This document shows positions 17,208 to 24,771 of a stretch of 25,754 bases of DNA, one piece after another. The translations under genes and the position numbers were made by a program. The stretch is from a virus. Its lineage: Duplodnaviria > Caudoviricetes. Position 1 is the stretch's first letter. Each line of letters starts with the position of its first letter. The stretch is from the IMG/VR virus record IMGVR_UViG_3300037631_004067, positions 1 through 25,754 of that record, one strand, 5' to 3'. The notes under the pieces were generated by a model. It worked only from the letters and a program-made list of their open reading frames with translations. It ran no database searches and was not told where the DNA came from.

Positions 17208-18176
17208 ATGAACACGAAAAATGGACGCTTCAACTACCACCCATCACCGGTTCCCGGTGTGGTTCGGGTTGATACCCCCGCCGCCGGAAATGTCGTTTTC
17301 TGCGACACCATGCGCTCTTTTGGCGCTTGGCTCAGTGCTTCAAACGACGCACTGAAAGCCGGAAATCATACAGCGCAAAGCCATGCTCTTGATGACACCG
17401 TTGGCGCAGTCATGCGAAAATACCCCTCAAAACTGCGCTTCCCACCGGAAGAAATCGAGCGACTGCGAGACAAAACCATAGGCGACTTGTGCGCTGAATT
17501 GGCGACGGTTGCGCCGACCTTTGATGACAAAATGACGCAGAAAATGACCGAGGCACTGCCGCAGGCCATGCGCCAATTCAACGAAACGCACCGCATTTGG
17601 TCGGACAAACCCGGAAGCATGAGCATGGACCGCCTGTTTGAAGGCCGGACCGATTGGATGAGCCGCCGCCGCCGTGTGCGCCGCCCTGCGAAGGTCATCA
17701 GCCTCGCCGTGCCTATCACTGCGAATTGGCGAATTGATGCCGAGGCACTGCGCGTTATGGGCATCGCTTCAACCATCGCCGCCGACTTCCTGAGCCGCCG
17801 GGGTTTCAATGTTGAAATCTTGGCTTACGAATGCGGCATGCATAGCCACCACAACAATGCGGAACATTCGCTTCAATTGGTTCGCTTGAAGGATGCAAAA
17901 GACACACTGCGCCCAACTGAGGTAGTCAATGGAATGAGCGCGTGGGCGTTCCGGTCGCTTTGGTTCTCGGGTATCTGCGCACTTGACCCCGAAACGGTGA
18001 GCAGTGGCCTCGGTTCTGCCCGTGAGATTGATGACAACATGGTCGAGGAAATGAAGGCCATTATGGGCGTTGATGATGTGATTTTCATGCGCTTAGTGCC
18101 ACGAACAAACCACACGGCGCAGGTCATCGGGCAAGCCGTTGAAGTCGTGACCGAGGCGCTCAAGGAATACCTTTGA
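17208..18176 (+). CDS. Putative VWA-like partner of the AAA+ ATPase (322 aa)
   Basis: AGGAGGA SD before ATG 17208 and directly downstream of the MoxR-type ATPase. GSMSMDRLFEG ... VISLAVPITANW ... AADFLSRRGFNVEILA ... LKDAKDTL resembles degenerate VWA/CobT-like partners, but there is no canonical DxSxS MIDAS. Confidence 0.6.
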   Translation: MNTKNGRFNYHPSPVPGVVRVDTPAAGNVVFCDTMRSFGAWLSASNDALKAGNHTAQSHALDDTVGAVMRKYPSKLRFPPEEIERLRDKTIGDLCAELATVAPTFDDKMTQKMTEALPQAMRQFNETHRIWSDKPGSMSMDRLFEGRTDWMSRRRRVRRPAKVISLAVPITANWRIDAEALRVMGIASTIAADFLSRRGFNVEILAYECGMHSHHNNAEHSLQLVRLKDAKDTLRPTEVVNGMSAWAFRSLWFSGICALDPETVSSGLGSAREIDDNMVEEMKAIMGVDDVIFMRLVPRTNHTAQVIGQAVEVVTEALKEYL

Positions 18177-18179
18177 GGA

Positions 18180-18605
18180 CACCAAAAACGCAACACTGCG
18201 AAGCATAGGAGGACCGAAACAGACAAACGAAACGGCTTGAGAATCGGTGTGCGCCCCGTGCCGATTCAGCCCAAACATGGCCCAACGGGGCGCTTTTTTC
18301 ATGTCGAAAACGACGCACTGCGCCGCATTTGCCGGGGTTCTATCCCCACGGCGCAACCCCCAAAACGATGCACTGCGAGCCTATCGGCCTCCCATCCCTA
18401 TGCAATTGCGCACGCCGCACGCGCCGCACGCCGCACGGGGGGCGAGCGCACCATGCGCCCACCGCCGAAGGCCGACCTTTCTGCGCAAAACCTGCCGAGC
18501 CGAACCGAGCCGACCAGCCTCCCCTATTAAGCCGACTTTTTCCCATAGATTTTTTGACCTCCCGCCGACCAGCGACCCCCCAAAAATCGGCAAAAATCGG
18601 CCATT
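18180..18605. repeat. Second non-coding repeat-rich spacer: three more motif copies plus short tandem repeats
   Basis: AAACG-N4-ACTGCG with ACTGCG at 18195, 18317 and 18372. Also CGCCGCA x3 (~18413-18435), CCGAGCCGA x2 (~18495-18513) and AAAAATCGGC x2 (18582-18601). Confidence 0.7.
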
Positions 18606-18615
18606 TTCTGCCTTA

Positions 18616-18625
18616 TGTTTATATC
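18616..18625 (+). promoter_or_regulatory. Archaeal-type TATA box TGTTTATATC (copy 1)
   Basis: The identical 10-mer also occurs at 20673 and 21984. Here it lies ~23 nt before ATG 18648 (leaderless geometry). Confidence 0.7.
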
Positions 18626-18647
18626 ATGTGTCTGCATGGGCTTGAGC

Positions 18648-19352
18648 ATGACCGACGAGAAAAAAGCCATCCTGCACATCTGCCGAACCGGGGCAAAGAC
18701 CCAATTCTATACGCTCTATGTTGAGCGCATTGAACCGCACCCCTTTGGTGGCCGACTGCACACCTGCCGCTATCAGCAAAACCTCGCCTTTGACTTGAGC
18801 GATGCGATGGAGAACGCCGAGAAGTGGATTGAAGAGCGTGAATTACGCAAGCACTACACCGTCGAGATTCAGCACCATAGCGAACCCCGCCCCATCTATG
18901 CGACGATGAGCGCATTCGGCGCAGATTTCAAAATGAACAAGCGCCGCACCCATTGGTGGGCCAACGCCAACGAGGACTTTTGGACGCAGTGGAAGAAGCA
19001 GAAGCCTGAAATCAAGGCCGCAGGCTACTGGGTCAAGCGCATGGAAGGCACATGGCTCGTATTCAAGCGCATAGACGCGGGCGAGATGGACTTCGTGAAC
19101 GACAAACCACCGACCAAGCCGACAGGAATCCCGACCACGCCGAAGCCTGCGCAACCACGCCCAAGCGACCCCGTGCCTGCACCTGAGCGCCCCAAGCCCA
19201 AGAACACCTCGCACTTCATGCCTGTGCGAGCATGTTGCGCATGGTGCGACGACGAAGGAAACAAATCCGACATGGTTCTCAGTCCTGCGCAATTCGGGAC
19301 TCCTATGCTCATTTGCCGTGCGTGCTTTGGCGATGTGGGGGGTGCGCAGTGA
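18648..19352 (+). CDS. Hypothetical protein with Pro-rich linker and C-terminal CAWC...ICRAC Zn finger
   Basis: ATG 18648 follows the TATA box; coherent codon usage. Confidence 0.7.
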   Translation: MTDEKKAILHICRTGAKTQFYTLYVERIEPHPFGGRLHTCRYQQNLAFDLSDAMENAEKWIEERELRKHYTVEIQHHSEPRPIYATMSAFGADFKMNKRRTHWWANANEDFWTQWKKQKPEIKAAGYWVKRMEGTWLVFKRIDAGEMDFVNDKPPTKPTGIPTTPKPAQPRPSDPVPAPERPKPKNTSHFMPVRACCAWCDDEGNKSDMVLSPAQFGTPMLICRACFGDVGGAQ

Positions 19353-19654
19353 TGACGGACTTCATTTTCTGCGGTTGGTGCGACCAGCGAAGCCTTCCCC
19401 ATGTGGCGCGCTTCCCCGCTCCCGCCCCGTATGCGCAGGCGAGCATCTGCAAGGACTGCCTCGACTTCATCGTGCGGCAGGACAGCATCGGCGCAGGTCG
19501 GTGTTGCGCAGTGCATAGGTGCGGCGCACATGACGACATCGTTCTCTCAGGCTATGAGGTTCGGGGTCGTGTTGAATGGCAAGAATACCGATGCGCCGAG
19601 CATCGTGTGTGGGCGCGCAACATCCAAGGTTCCGAAGTGTGGAGGTGCAAGTGA
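19352..19654 (+). CDS. Small Cys-rich Zn-finger protein (100 aa)
   Basis: TGATG coupling with the upstream gene; CGWC...ICKDC and CCAVHRC...RCAEH. Confidence 0.6.
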   Translation: MTDFIFCGWCDQRSLPHVARFPAPAPYAQASICKDCLDFIVRQDSIGAGRCCAVHRCGAHDDIVLSGYEVRGRVEWQEYRCAEHRVWARNIQGSEVWRCK

Positions 19655-19968
19655 TGGGCAACACTTGTCAATATGAAGGATGCCGAAACGATGCAGGAGG
19701 CGGCACGCACTGCCCCTACCATCAAGCCCTCCTTGAGCGCATCAATGCGGAGCCGTGTTGGTGCGCATGGTGCGACGAAGCGTTCAGCCGTGCAAACCCC
19801 AAATATACGACTGCGCAAACAGCCAACCCCGAACATGGGGGCGAGGGTTCAATTTGCGTTCAGTGCTACGGCGCACAGCATGGTTATCATGTCGCCGTTC
19901 AGCCCAACGGCGAGATTCACTTTTTGATGAATAATGGTTGTTCTTGGATTGGGGAGGTGGACGCATGA
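19654..19968 (+). CDS. Small Cys-rich Zn-finger protein (104 aa)
   Basis: GGAGGTG SD and TGATG coupling; CQYEGC..HCPYH and CAWC...ICVQC. Confidence 0.65.
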   Translation: MGNTCQYEGCRNDAGGGTHCPYHQALLERINAEPCWCAWCDEAFSRANPKYTTAQTANPEHGGEGSICVQCYGAQHGYHVAVQPNGEIHFLMNNGCSWIGEVDA

Positions 19969-20177
19969 CGGCATGCGCTGGTTGCGATGCTCGTTATTGC
20001 TCGCACTGTCAGCGTGCGCAGGGGTGGGACTGCGACACCTGCGAAGAGCGCCAATTGAAGCGGCACACGAAGCACGAATGCGAAACGCATCCCAACCTCG
20101 GCCTCAAGGTGTGCCTTGAGTGCGCTATTTTCTATCGGGCTGAATCCCGTGGCTGGAATAAGGAGGGGTCCGTTTGA
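19965..20177 (+). CDS. Small Cys-rich protein (70 aa)
   Basis: GGAGGTG SD and ATGA overlap; CAGC, CSHC, CDTC, CETH and CLEC. Confidence 0.6.
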   Translation: MTACAGCDARYCSHCQRAQGWDCDTCEERQLKRHTKHECETHPNLGLKVCLECAIFYRAESRGWNKEGSV

Positions 20178-20722
20178 CGCTCACCTGCGAGTTAATCCCC
20201 CGTTCGACTTGGGGCAAAAATCTGCGCAGTCTGCTGACCCGCTCGCAGTGGGACAGGTTGCGCCGCTTCGTGTATGCGCAAGCGGGTGGTGTCTGCGAGG
20301 TCTGCGGCGATGTCGGCACGAACCAAGGGCGCAAACACGACCTTGAGGCGCATGAGGTGTGGACATTTTGCGATTCCACGCACACGCAGACGCTTACGGG
20401 TGTCGTTGCGCTCTGCCCTGAATGCCACCGGGTCAAGCACACGGGGCGAGCCTTCGCCACAGGTGCGCACATGCGAGTCATTCGCCACCTCGGACGGGTG
20501 AACGACTGGATGCCTGAGCAGGTTCATGCGCACATTTCCCACGCCTTCGACGAGCATACGAAGCGCAGTGCGCACCCGTGGAGCGTGCGCTATGATGCGC
20601 TCACGCATTATGCGGGGGTGGGTCTGCCCTTGACCCCCGAAGAAGTCCCTTTCCCACCGAGAACCGACGATGTGTTTATATCGTCTGACGAGGTGGGGCT
20701 GACAAGGAGTGAAACAAAATGA
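20174..20722 (+). CDS. HNH endonuclease-family protein
   Basis: ELIPRSTWGKNLRS..WDRLR..CEVCG..LEAHEVW..ALCPECHRVKH; AGGAGG SD before a TTG start. Confidence 0.8.
   Translation: MTLTCELIPRSTWGKNLRSLLTRSQWDRLRRFVYAQAGGVCEVCGDVGTNQGRKHDLEAHEVWTFCDSTHTQTLTGVVALCPECHRVKHTGRAFATGAHMRVIRHLGRVNDWMPEQVHAHISHAFDEHTKRSAHPWSVRYDALTHYAGVGLPLTPEEVPFPPRTDDVFISSDEVGLTRSETK
20673..20682 (+). promoter_or_regulatory. Archaeal-type TATA box TGTTTATATC (copy 2)
   Basis: Inside the 3' end of the HNH gene, upstream of AAGGAG and ATG 20719. Confidence 0.65.
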
Positions 20723-21135
20723 ACACCGAAAACAAATTTGAGAAGCACGACGACGAGACTATTATCATGGCCTGCAAGGTTGTGGAGGCCGTGGGGCTGG
20801 CCTATCCAAGCCTCCCCCAAGTGAGGAACGATTTCCTTCAAATGATGGCGCACCTCCGCACCGACTTCCGAACCGGCGAAGTGCGCACCGCCGCCCACGC
20901 TCGCAACCTTGCCCACCATTGGATTGACAGCCGACCGTATTACCTTGACTCACTGCGTTGGGCCGACTTTACCATGTGGCGCTATGCGCACGACAGCACC
21001 CCGCCCAAGACCCGAAGCGGCTACGCAGAAGCCGATGAAGTCATGTCCATGATGCAACGCCTGACTGAGAGCGCATTTCAGTGCATGGCCGTCGCCGCCC
21101 TCGACTTCCTCACCGAACAGGAGGCTTCACAATGA
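20719..21135 (+). CDS. Hypothetical protein (138 aa)
   Basis: Promoter and GGAG SD upstream; ATGA overlaps at both ends. Confidence 0.7.
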   Translation: MNTENKFEKHDDETIIMACKVVEAVGLAYPSLPQVRNDFLQMMAHLRTDFRTGEVRTAAHARNLAHHWIDSRPYYLDSLRWADFTMWRYAHDSTPPKTRSGYAEADEVMSMMQRLTESAFQCMAVAALDFLTEQEASQ

Positions 21136-21446
21136 GCGCAGTCGGCACGCCTGAGAACATCACCTTCCTGCTCGGTCTGCTCACGCCTGAGCAAGACTGC
21201 GCATGGACGCATCATGTGGGTGGACACTGCACATGGAGCGAATGCCCCCACGAGAAGCCCGAAGAGCGGCGCATCGTTGTGCGCTGGTCGGAGGACAACC
21301 TGACCTATTACGATTGCGCAGACTACGGAAGCATCGACCTCGCATGGCTCGAAGCAGAGGCCGAGATTGACGACCCTCTCAACGAGGGCAAGAGTTGCAT
21401 AGCATTTGAGCAGGTGCGCATCATGGGCGAATGGAGGGATTGCTGA
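21132..21446 (+). CDS. Hypothetical acidic protein (104 aa, starts MSAV)
   Basis: GGAGG SD and ATGA overlap at 21132. Confidence 0.65.
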   Translation: MSAVGTPENITFLLGLLTPEQDCAWTHHVGGHCTWSECPHEKPEERRIVVRWSEDNLTYYDCADYGSIDLAWLEAEAEIDDPLNEGKSCIAFEQVRIMGEWRDC

Positions 21447-21794
21447 GTGACGCAGTGGTTCCGCAACGACGCAGGCGAATGGGAGCGCGAAGGCGAGCGC
21501 ACTGACTCCTTCGGCAACGCCGCAGGTTGGGATGACGGTTCAGGCGCAGTGCGCTTGGGCGACGGCGTGTTTGCGCCAACCACCGAATACGATACGGTTC
21601 GACTCCCCGACGAATTGGGCGGCGCTTGGTGCGTCGTGATTCGGTCGGAGATTGTGCGCCTTCCCGATGGGCGCATAGGGCGCTATCACACGCTCGCACA
21701 TGAGAGCATTGATTGCATCAGTCTGCTCAACGGCGACGGTGCGCTTTGGGTGCGTAAGCCTGCACCTGCGCAGAAGGACGGTGATGAGGAATGA
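21447..21794 (+). CDS. Hypothetical protein (115 aa)
   Basis: GGAGG SD; the GTG start abuts the upstream stop. Confidence 0.6.
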   Translation: MTQWFRNDAGEWEREGERTDSFGNAAGWDDGSGAVRLGDGVFAPTTEYDTVRLPDELGGAWCVVIRSEIVRLPDGRIGRYHTLAHESIDCISLLNGDGALWVRKPAPAQKDGDEE

Positions 21795-22033
21795 GCGCAG
21801 TCCTCGACACCGTTCAAGCCTGCGCATCCCTTTGGCTCATGCGTGCAACGCCTGAAAACACGGGCGGCGAGGCGTGGGAGTCCCTGCGCAAGTGGACGCA
21901 GGCCGCACATCAAAGCGGCGAAGAAGAGGTATCGATTCTTGAAGCCCTGCAAAACGGACTGAATCGGGGCCGAACCAACCTAATGTTTATATCACCCGAC
22001 TTAATCGCATTGGATAGGAGGAACAAAAAATGA
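21791..22033 (+). CDS. Hypothetical protein (80 aa, starts MSAV)
   Basis: GGTGA/GAGG SD and ATGA overlaps at both ends. Confidence 0.55.
   Translation: MSAVLDTVQACASLWLMRATPENTGGEAWESLRKWTQAAHQSGEEEVSILEALQNGLNRGRTNLMFISPDLIALDRRNKK
21984..21993 (+). promoter_or_regulatory. Archaeal-type TATA box TGTTTATATC (copy 3)
   Basis: Upstream of AGGAGG and ATG 22030, with the same spacing to the start codon as copy 2 (46 nt). Confidence 0.65.
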
Positions 22034-22443
22034 ATATCCCCGAAGGCTACGAACCCCTAAGACTGAACACCATGAGCGGCCAAACCGTTGCTCATCTGAT
22101 TTGCCGCCGTCCCGATGGCGGCGCTTCCGATGTGCGCATGACGCTCAAGACTCCCGCACTATCGGGCATCTGCCCCGCATGTGGTCGGGACATGAAAGGC
22201 GCAAAAGGATTTTTCACCTGCGCCACCGGACACATTCTCATCAAGATGACGACCAGCGAGGCCAGCGCCCGATTCGTGCGCAGTGAGCCTAAAGTCATCG
22301 CACAGACCCCGCCTAAGCGCCGCATCACGCACCGCAAGGCGAGCAACGCATTCCCCGCACTGCGCACACACCAGCGCATCACGCACACGGACGACGACAT
22401 TCGTGCCGCAGTGGAGGAAGCCATGAAGGAGATGAACCAATGA
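22030..22443 (+). CDS. Zn-ribbon protein (CPACG...FTCATGH)
   Basis: Strong SD and promoter; CxxC...CxxGH ribbon. Confidence 0.7.
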   Translation: MNIPEGYEPLRLNTMSGQTVAHLICRRPDGGASDVRMTLKTPALSGICPACGRDMKGAKGFFTCATGHILIKMTTSEASARFVRSEPKVIAQTPPKRRITHRKASNAFPALRTHQRITHTDDDIRAAVEEAMKEMNQ

Positions 22444-23642
22444 AAGACCTATGGATTTTGTTTAACACAGAAAGCCCGATACCCTCCCAATTTTGGGAGG
22501 ATGAACCGACCCTTGCGCAGAAGCAGAAGGCCGTTGGTGGCCTCATAGAATATGCGCCCGTGACGCACAACGAACCGATTCCCATGCCAACCCTCTCGGA
22601 CGGCGTGCGCTTTGCGCAAATCGTTGATGTCATCGCCCACGAAGAAGGGCGACTCGTCGCAGAACCTCAACCCAACATTCTCGCAACGACTGCGTGCTTC
22701 GGAAACGCATTCACTGCGCCTTATCCCATCGTGGGCGACTGTATCATTCATGTGCGGTATGACCCTGAACAGGACGACGCAACGCAGGAAGAGGTTGATG
22801 CGTGGCGAATGAACCTCATGGTCGAAGGCGGCGTATTCCGCCGTGCTTCTGCGCATGACGACTTCGTGCCGACGACATACACCAACCATTCGCACCTTCC
22901 CGACTACGACACAGACGGCGAAGAGGGCGAGGAAACGCTTGAGGCATTGGTCGACCTGACCGTGGACGATATGAACGAAGCGGTGCGCTTCTATCACGCC
23001 TTGTTCTTCGGTTGGCGCATCAACATGAACCCCGACAAAGGCGCGACCACTGCGCAAGGCATGACCGCCTTCAAGCACCTCACGCATGAGGCGGCGCACA
23101 CGCTCAACCGACTCAACGCCGAGGCCGTCGAGCATCTGAAAGTCGAAGGCTATGATGCGTGGTCGGTCTGCGCAGGTTTTGCTATGGTCTGCGAATTGTC
23201 TGCGCACATTCAAGGAAACATAGATTCGCTCAAGCAAACCTGCGACGACGACCTGCGCAGTGCGATTGCGTGGGTGAACGGGACGGCTGATATGGAGGGC
23301 ATCGCTCTCTCGCCGTGGTCTGACGACCCCGACAATCTGAGCAAAGCACGCGCTAACTTCGTTCTGCAAGTCTTACATGAGAATTGCGCCGCTCGCACCG
23401 TTGAGCGCATTGACATGGGCATCGAGCAAGCGCAGGGAACGCTTCTCAACACCGCCATCCTGCCGCCTGCATGGTCGGGCTGGATTGATGGTTTCGTTGA
23501 AGTCCTCGGAGGCCGTGCGAGCGAAGCCTCCGGTCAAGTGGACGATGTGCTTCAGCGCATGGTGGACGAGAACACCCTTTCGCCCGAATTTGACATTGAC
23601 GGCGACGACAACGACGACGACCCGTTTAGCGAGGTGGCTTGA
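22440..23642 (+). CDS. Acidic protein with N-terminal DUF3846-like domain (400 aa)
   Basis: TLAQKQKAVGGLIE...IAHEEGRL...PNILAT...IVGDCII is the characteristic DUF3846 pattern. An acidic helical C-terminal region follows. Confidence 0.7.
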   Translation: MKDLWILFNTESPIPSQFWEDEPTLAQKQKAVGGLIEYAPVTHNEPIPMPTLSDGVRFAQIVDVIAHEEGRLVAEPQPNILATTACFGNAFTAPYPIVGDCIIHVRYDPEQDDATQEEVDAWRMNLMVEGGVFRRASAHDDFVPTTYTNHSHLPDYDTDGEEGEETLEALVDLTVDDMNEAVRFYHALFFGWRINMNPDKGATTAQGMTAFKHLTHEAAHTLNRLNAEAVEHLKVEGYDAWSVCAGFAMVCELSAHIQGNIDSLKQTCDDDLRSAIAWVNGTADMEGIALSPWSDDPDNLSKARANFVLQVLHENCAARTVERIDMGIEQAQGTLLNTAILPPAWSGWIDGFVEVLGGRASEASGQVDDVLQRMVDENTLSPEFDIDGDDNDDDPFSEVA

Positions 23643-23645
23643 ACG

Positions 23646-23870
23646 ATGAGCGCCGTTCCCAAAGTGATACCTCACGCACATCTGCGCATGACCTGCCCCG
23701 ACTGTGGCGCAGGTGTGGCGGCGGCTCTCACCGTTGCCGATGAAGCGGTTCGCTCTTTCATAGATAAACACCTATCATGCGGCTCATCCCGATGTTCGGA
23801 CGAGCCGGGGATAGCAGGGAAGTGGGGCATCCACATCCCCGTTATGGTTGTGTTGGGGGCGAGCGAATGA
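23646..23870 (+). CDS. Small Zn-binding protein (74 aa, starts MSAV)
   Basis: GAGGTGG SD; CPDCG...HxxC motif. Confidence 0.6.
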   Translation: MSAVPKVIPHAHLRMTCPDCGAGVAAALTVADEAVRSFIDKHLSCGSSRCSDEPGIAGKWGIHIPVMVVLGASE

Positions 23871-24109
23871 GCGCCGTTCCTGATTGCATCCTGTGCGACC
23901 TGCCCGTTCACCCGCACCATCACCCCGAAACGGGGAAGGTGTGCTGGACGGACGGCCACAACGCACGACCGCTTGAAGGGCGTGTGTGCGATGCCTGTCA
24001 TCCTATCGCCTTGATGCTTCGATTCGGCGCACCAAACCCCGGCATGGAGAGCCTGCGTCTTGCTGGCGCAGTGCGTCGTCATGTGTTTGATGCGGAGGCG
24101 AGCGCATGA
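23867..24109 (+). CDS. Small Zn-finger protein (80 aa, starts MSAV)
   Basis: ATGA overlap; CILC...GHNARPLEGRVCDAC. Confidence 0.65.
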   Translation: MSAVPDCILCDLPVHPHHHPETGKVCWTDGHNARPLEGRVCDACHPIALMLRFGAPNPGMESLRLAGAVRRHVFDAEASA

Positions 24110-24282
24110 AGTGGGGTATGCGCAAAAGCACCCGCACCCGATGTCCTCGATGCAACAAATGCGCAAAGAGGGTTGATGTTTCCTTTGGGCGCTCGCCGTT
24201 CACGCGCTACGACGCACCGCGCCACTACGCCTGCGAGAACGAAGAATGCTCAATGACGACCTTCAACCCACGATGGGTTTAA
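24106..24282 (+). CDS. Small Zn-ribbon protein (58 aa)
   Basis: Below the ORF-track cutoff. Translates as MKWGMRKSTRTRCPRCNKCAKRVDVSFGRSPFTRYDAPRHYACENEECSMTTFNPRWV, with GGAGG SD and ATGA overlap. Confidence 0.6.
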   Translation: MKWGMRKSTRTRCPRCNKCAKRVDVSFGRSPFTRYDAPRHYACENEECSMTTFNPRWV

Positions 24283-24307
24283 GGCTTCGTGGCTGGTGGG
24301 TGATGTC

Positions 24308-24709
24308 ATGCAACGCAGACCGAGAACCGAAGAAGAGAAGCACAAAATGCCGAGCGCACCGAAAGCGATGCTCGCCAATCAAATGATGTTGAGCAAAGCC
24401 CTCGCATCTGCGCATGGCGCACTTGCCGACGACTACACGCAAAAAGGCCGAGAGCGCAGAAAATTGTTCCCTGAATGGTTCGCAAAGGTCGAAACGCTCT
24501 CCGAGTTATTCCTGCAATCGTGCGCAATAGCCGATGCCCTGCAACGCCAATTCATTCAAACGCTCAACGACACACCGATTCCCATACCCGCCCACAGTGA
24601 GGACGACCAAGCCCTCGCATCCCTCGCTGATGAAATACGCTACCGCCAATGGTGGCGGGATAACGAATTGAGGGCGCTCGCTCAACACATGACCGCGAAG
24701 CCGTTCTGA
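24308..24709 (+). CDS. Hypothetical helical protein (133 aa)
   Basis: GGGGTGA SD before ATG 24308 and a TTTAAG box at ~24278. Confidence 0.6.
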   Translation: MQRRPRTEEEKHKMPSAPKAMLANQMMLSKALASAHGALADDYTQKGRERRKLFPEWFAKVETLSELFLQSCAIADALQRQFIQTLNDTPIPIPAHSEDDQALASLADEIRYRQWWRDNELRALAQHMTAKPF

Positions 24710-24771
24710 ATCCAAACGACCGACGACCTTAAGACGAGAAGTCCCGTAGCACGACCACAGGAGAGAGAACC

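Noticed and set aside
14852-18176. Cobalamin biosynthesis cobS/cobT auxiliary metabolic genes
   Set aside because: Only the generic MoxR-type AAA motifs are shared; there is no cobN or pathway context and the N-terminal architecture is unrelated.
18093-18724. ORFs in the second spacer
   Set aside because: Repeat-derived, low-complexity translations in several frames, none with start signals.
20174-20722. HNH gene as an intron/intein-borne mobile element
   Set aside because: It is free-standing and translationally coupled to its neighbours, with no interrupted host gene or splice motifs visible.
22449-23369. 306-aa minus-strand ORF
   Set aside because: Antisense shadow of the DUF3846-like gene in a uniformly plus-strand region.
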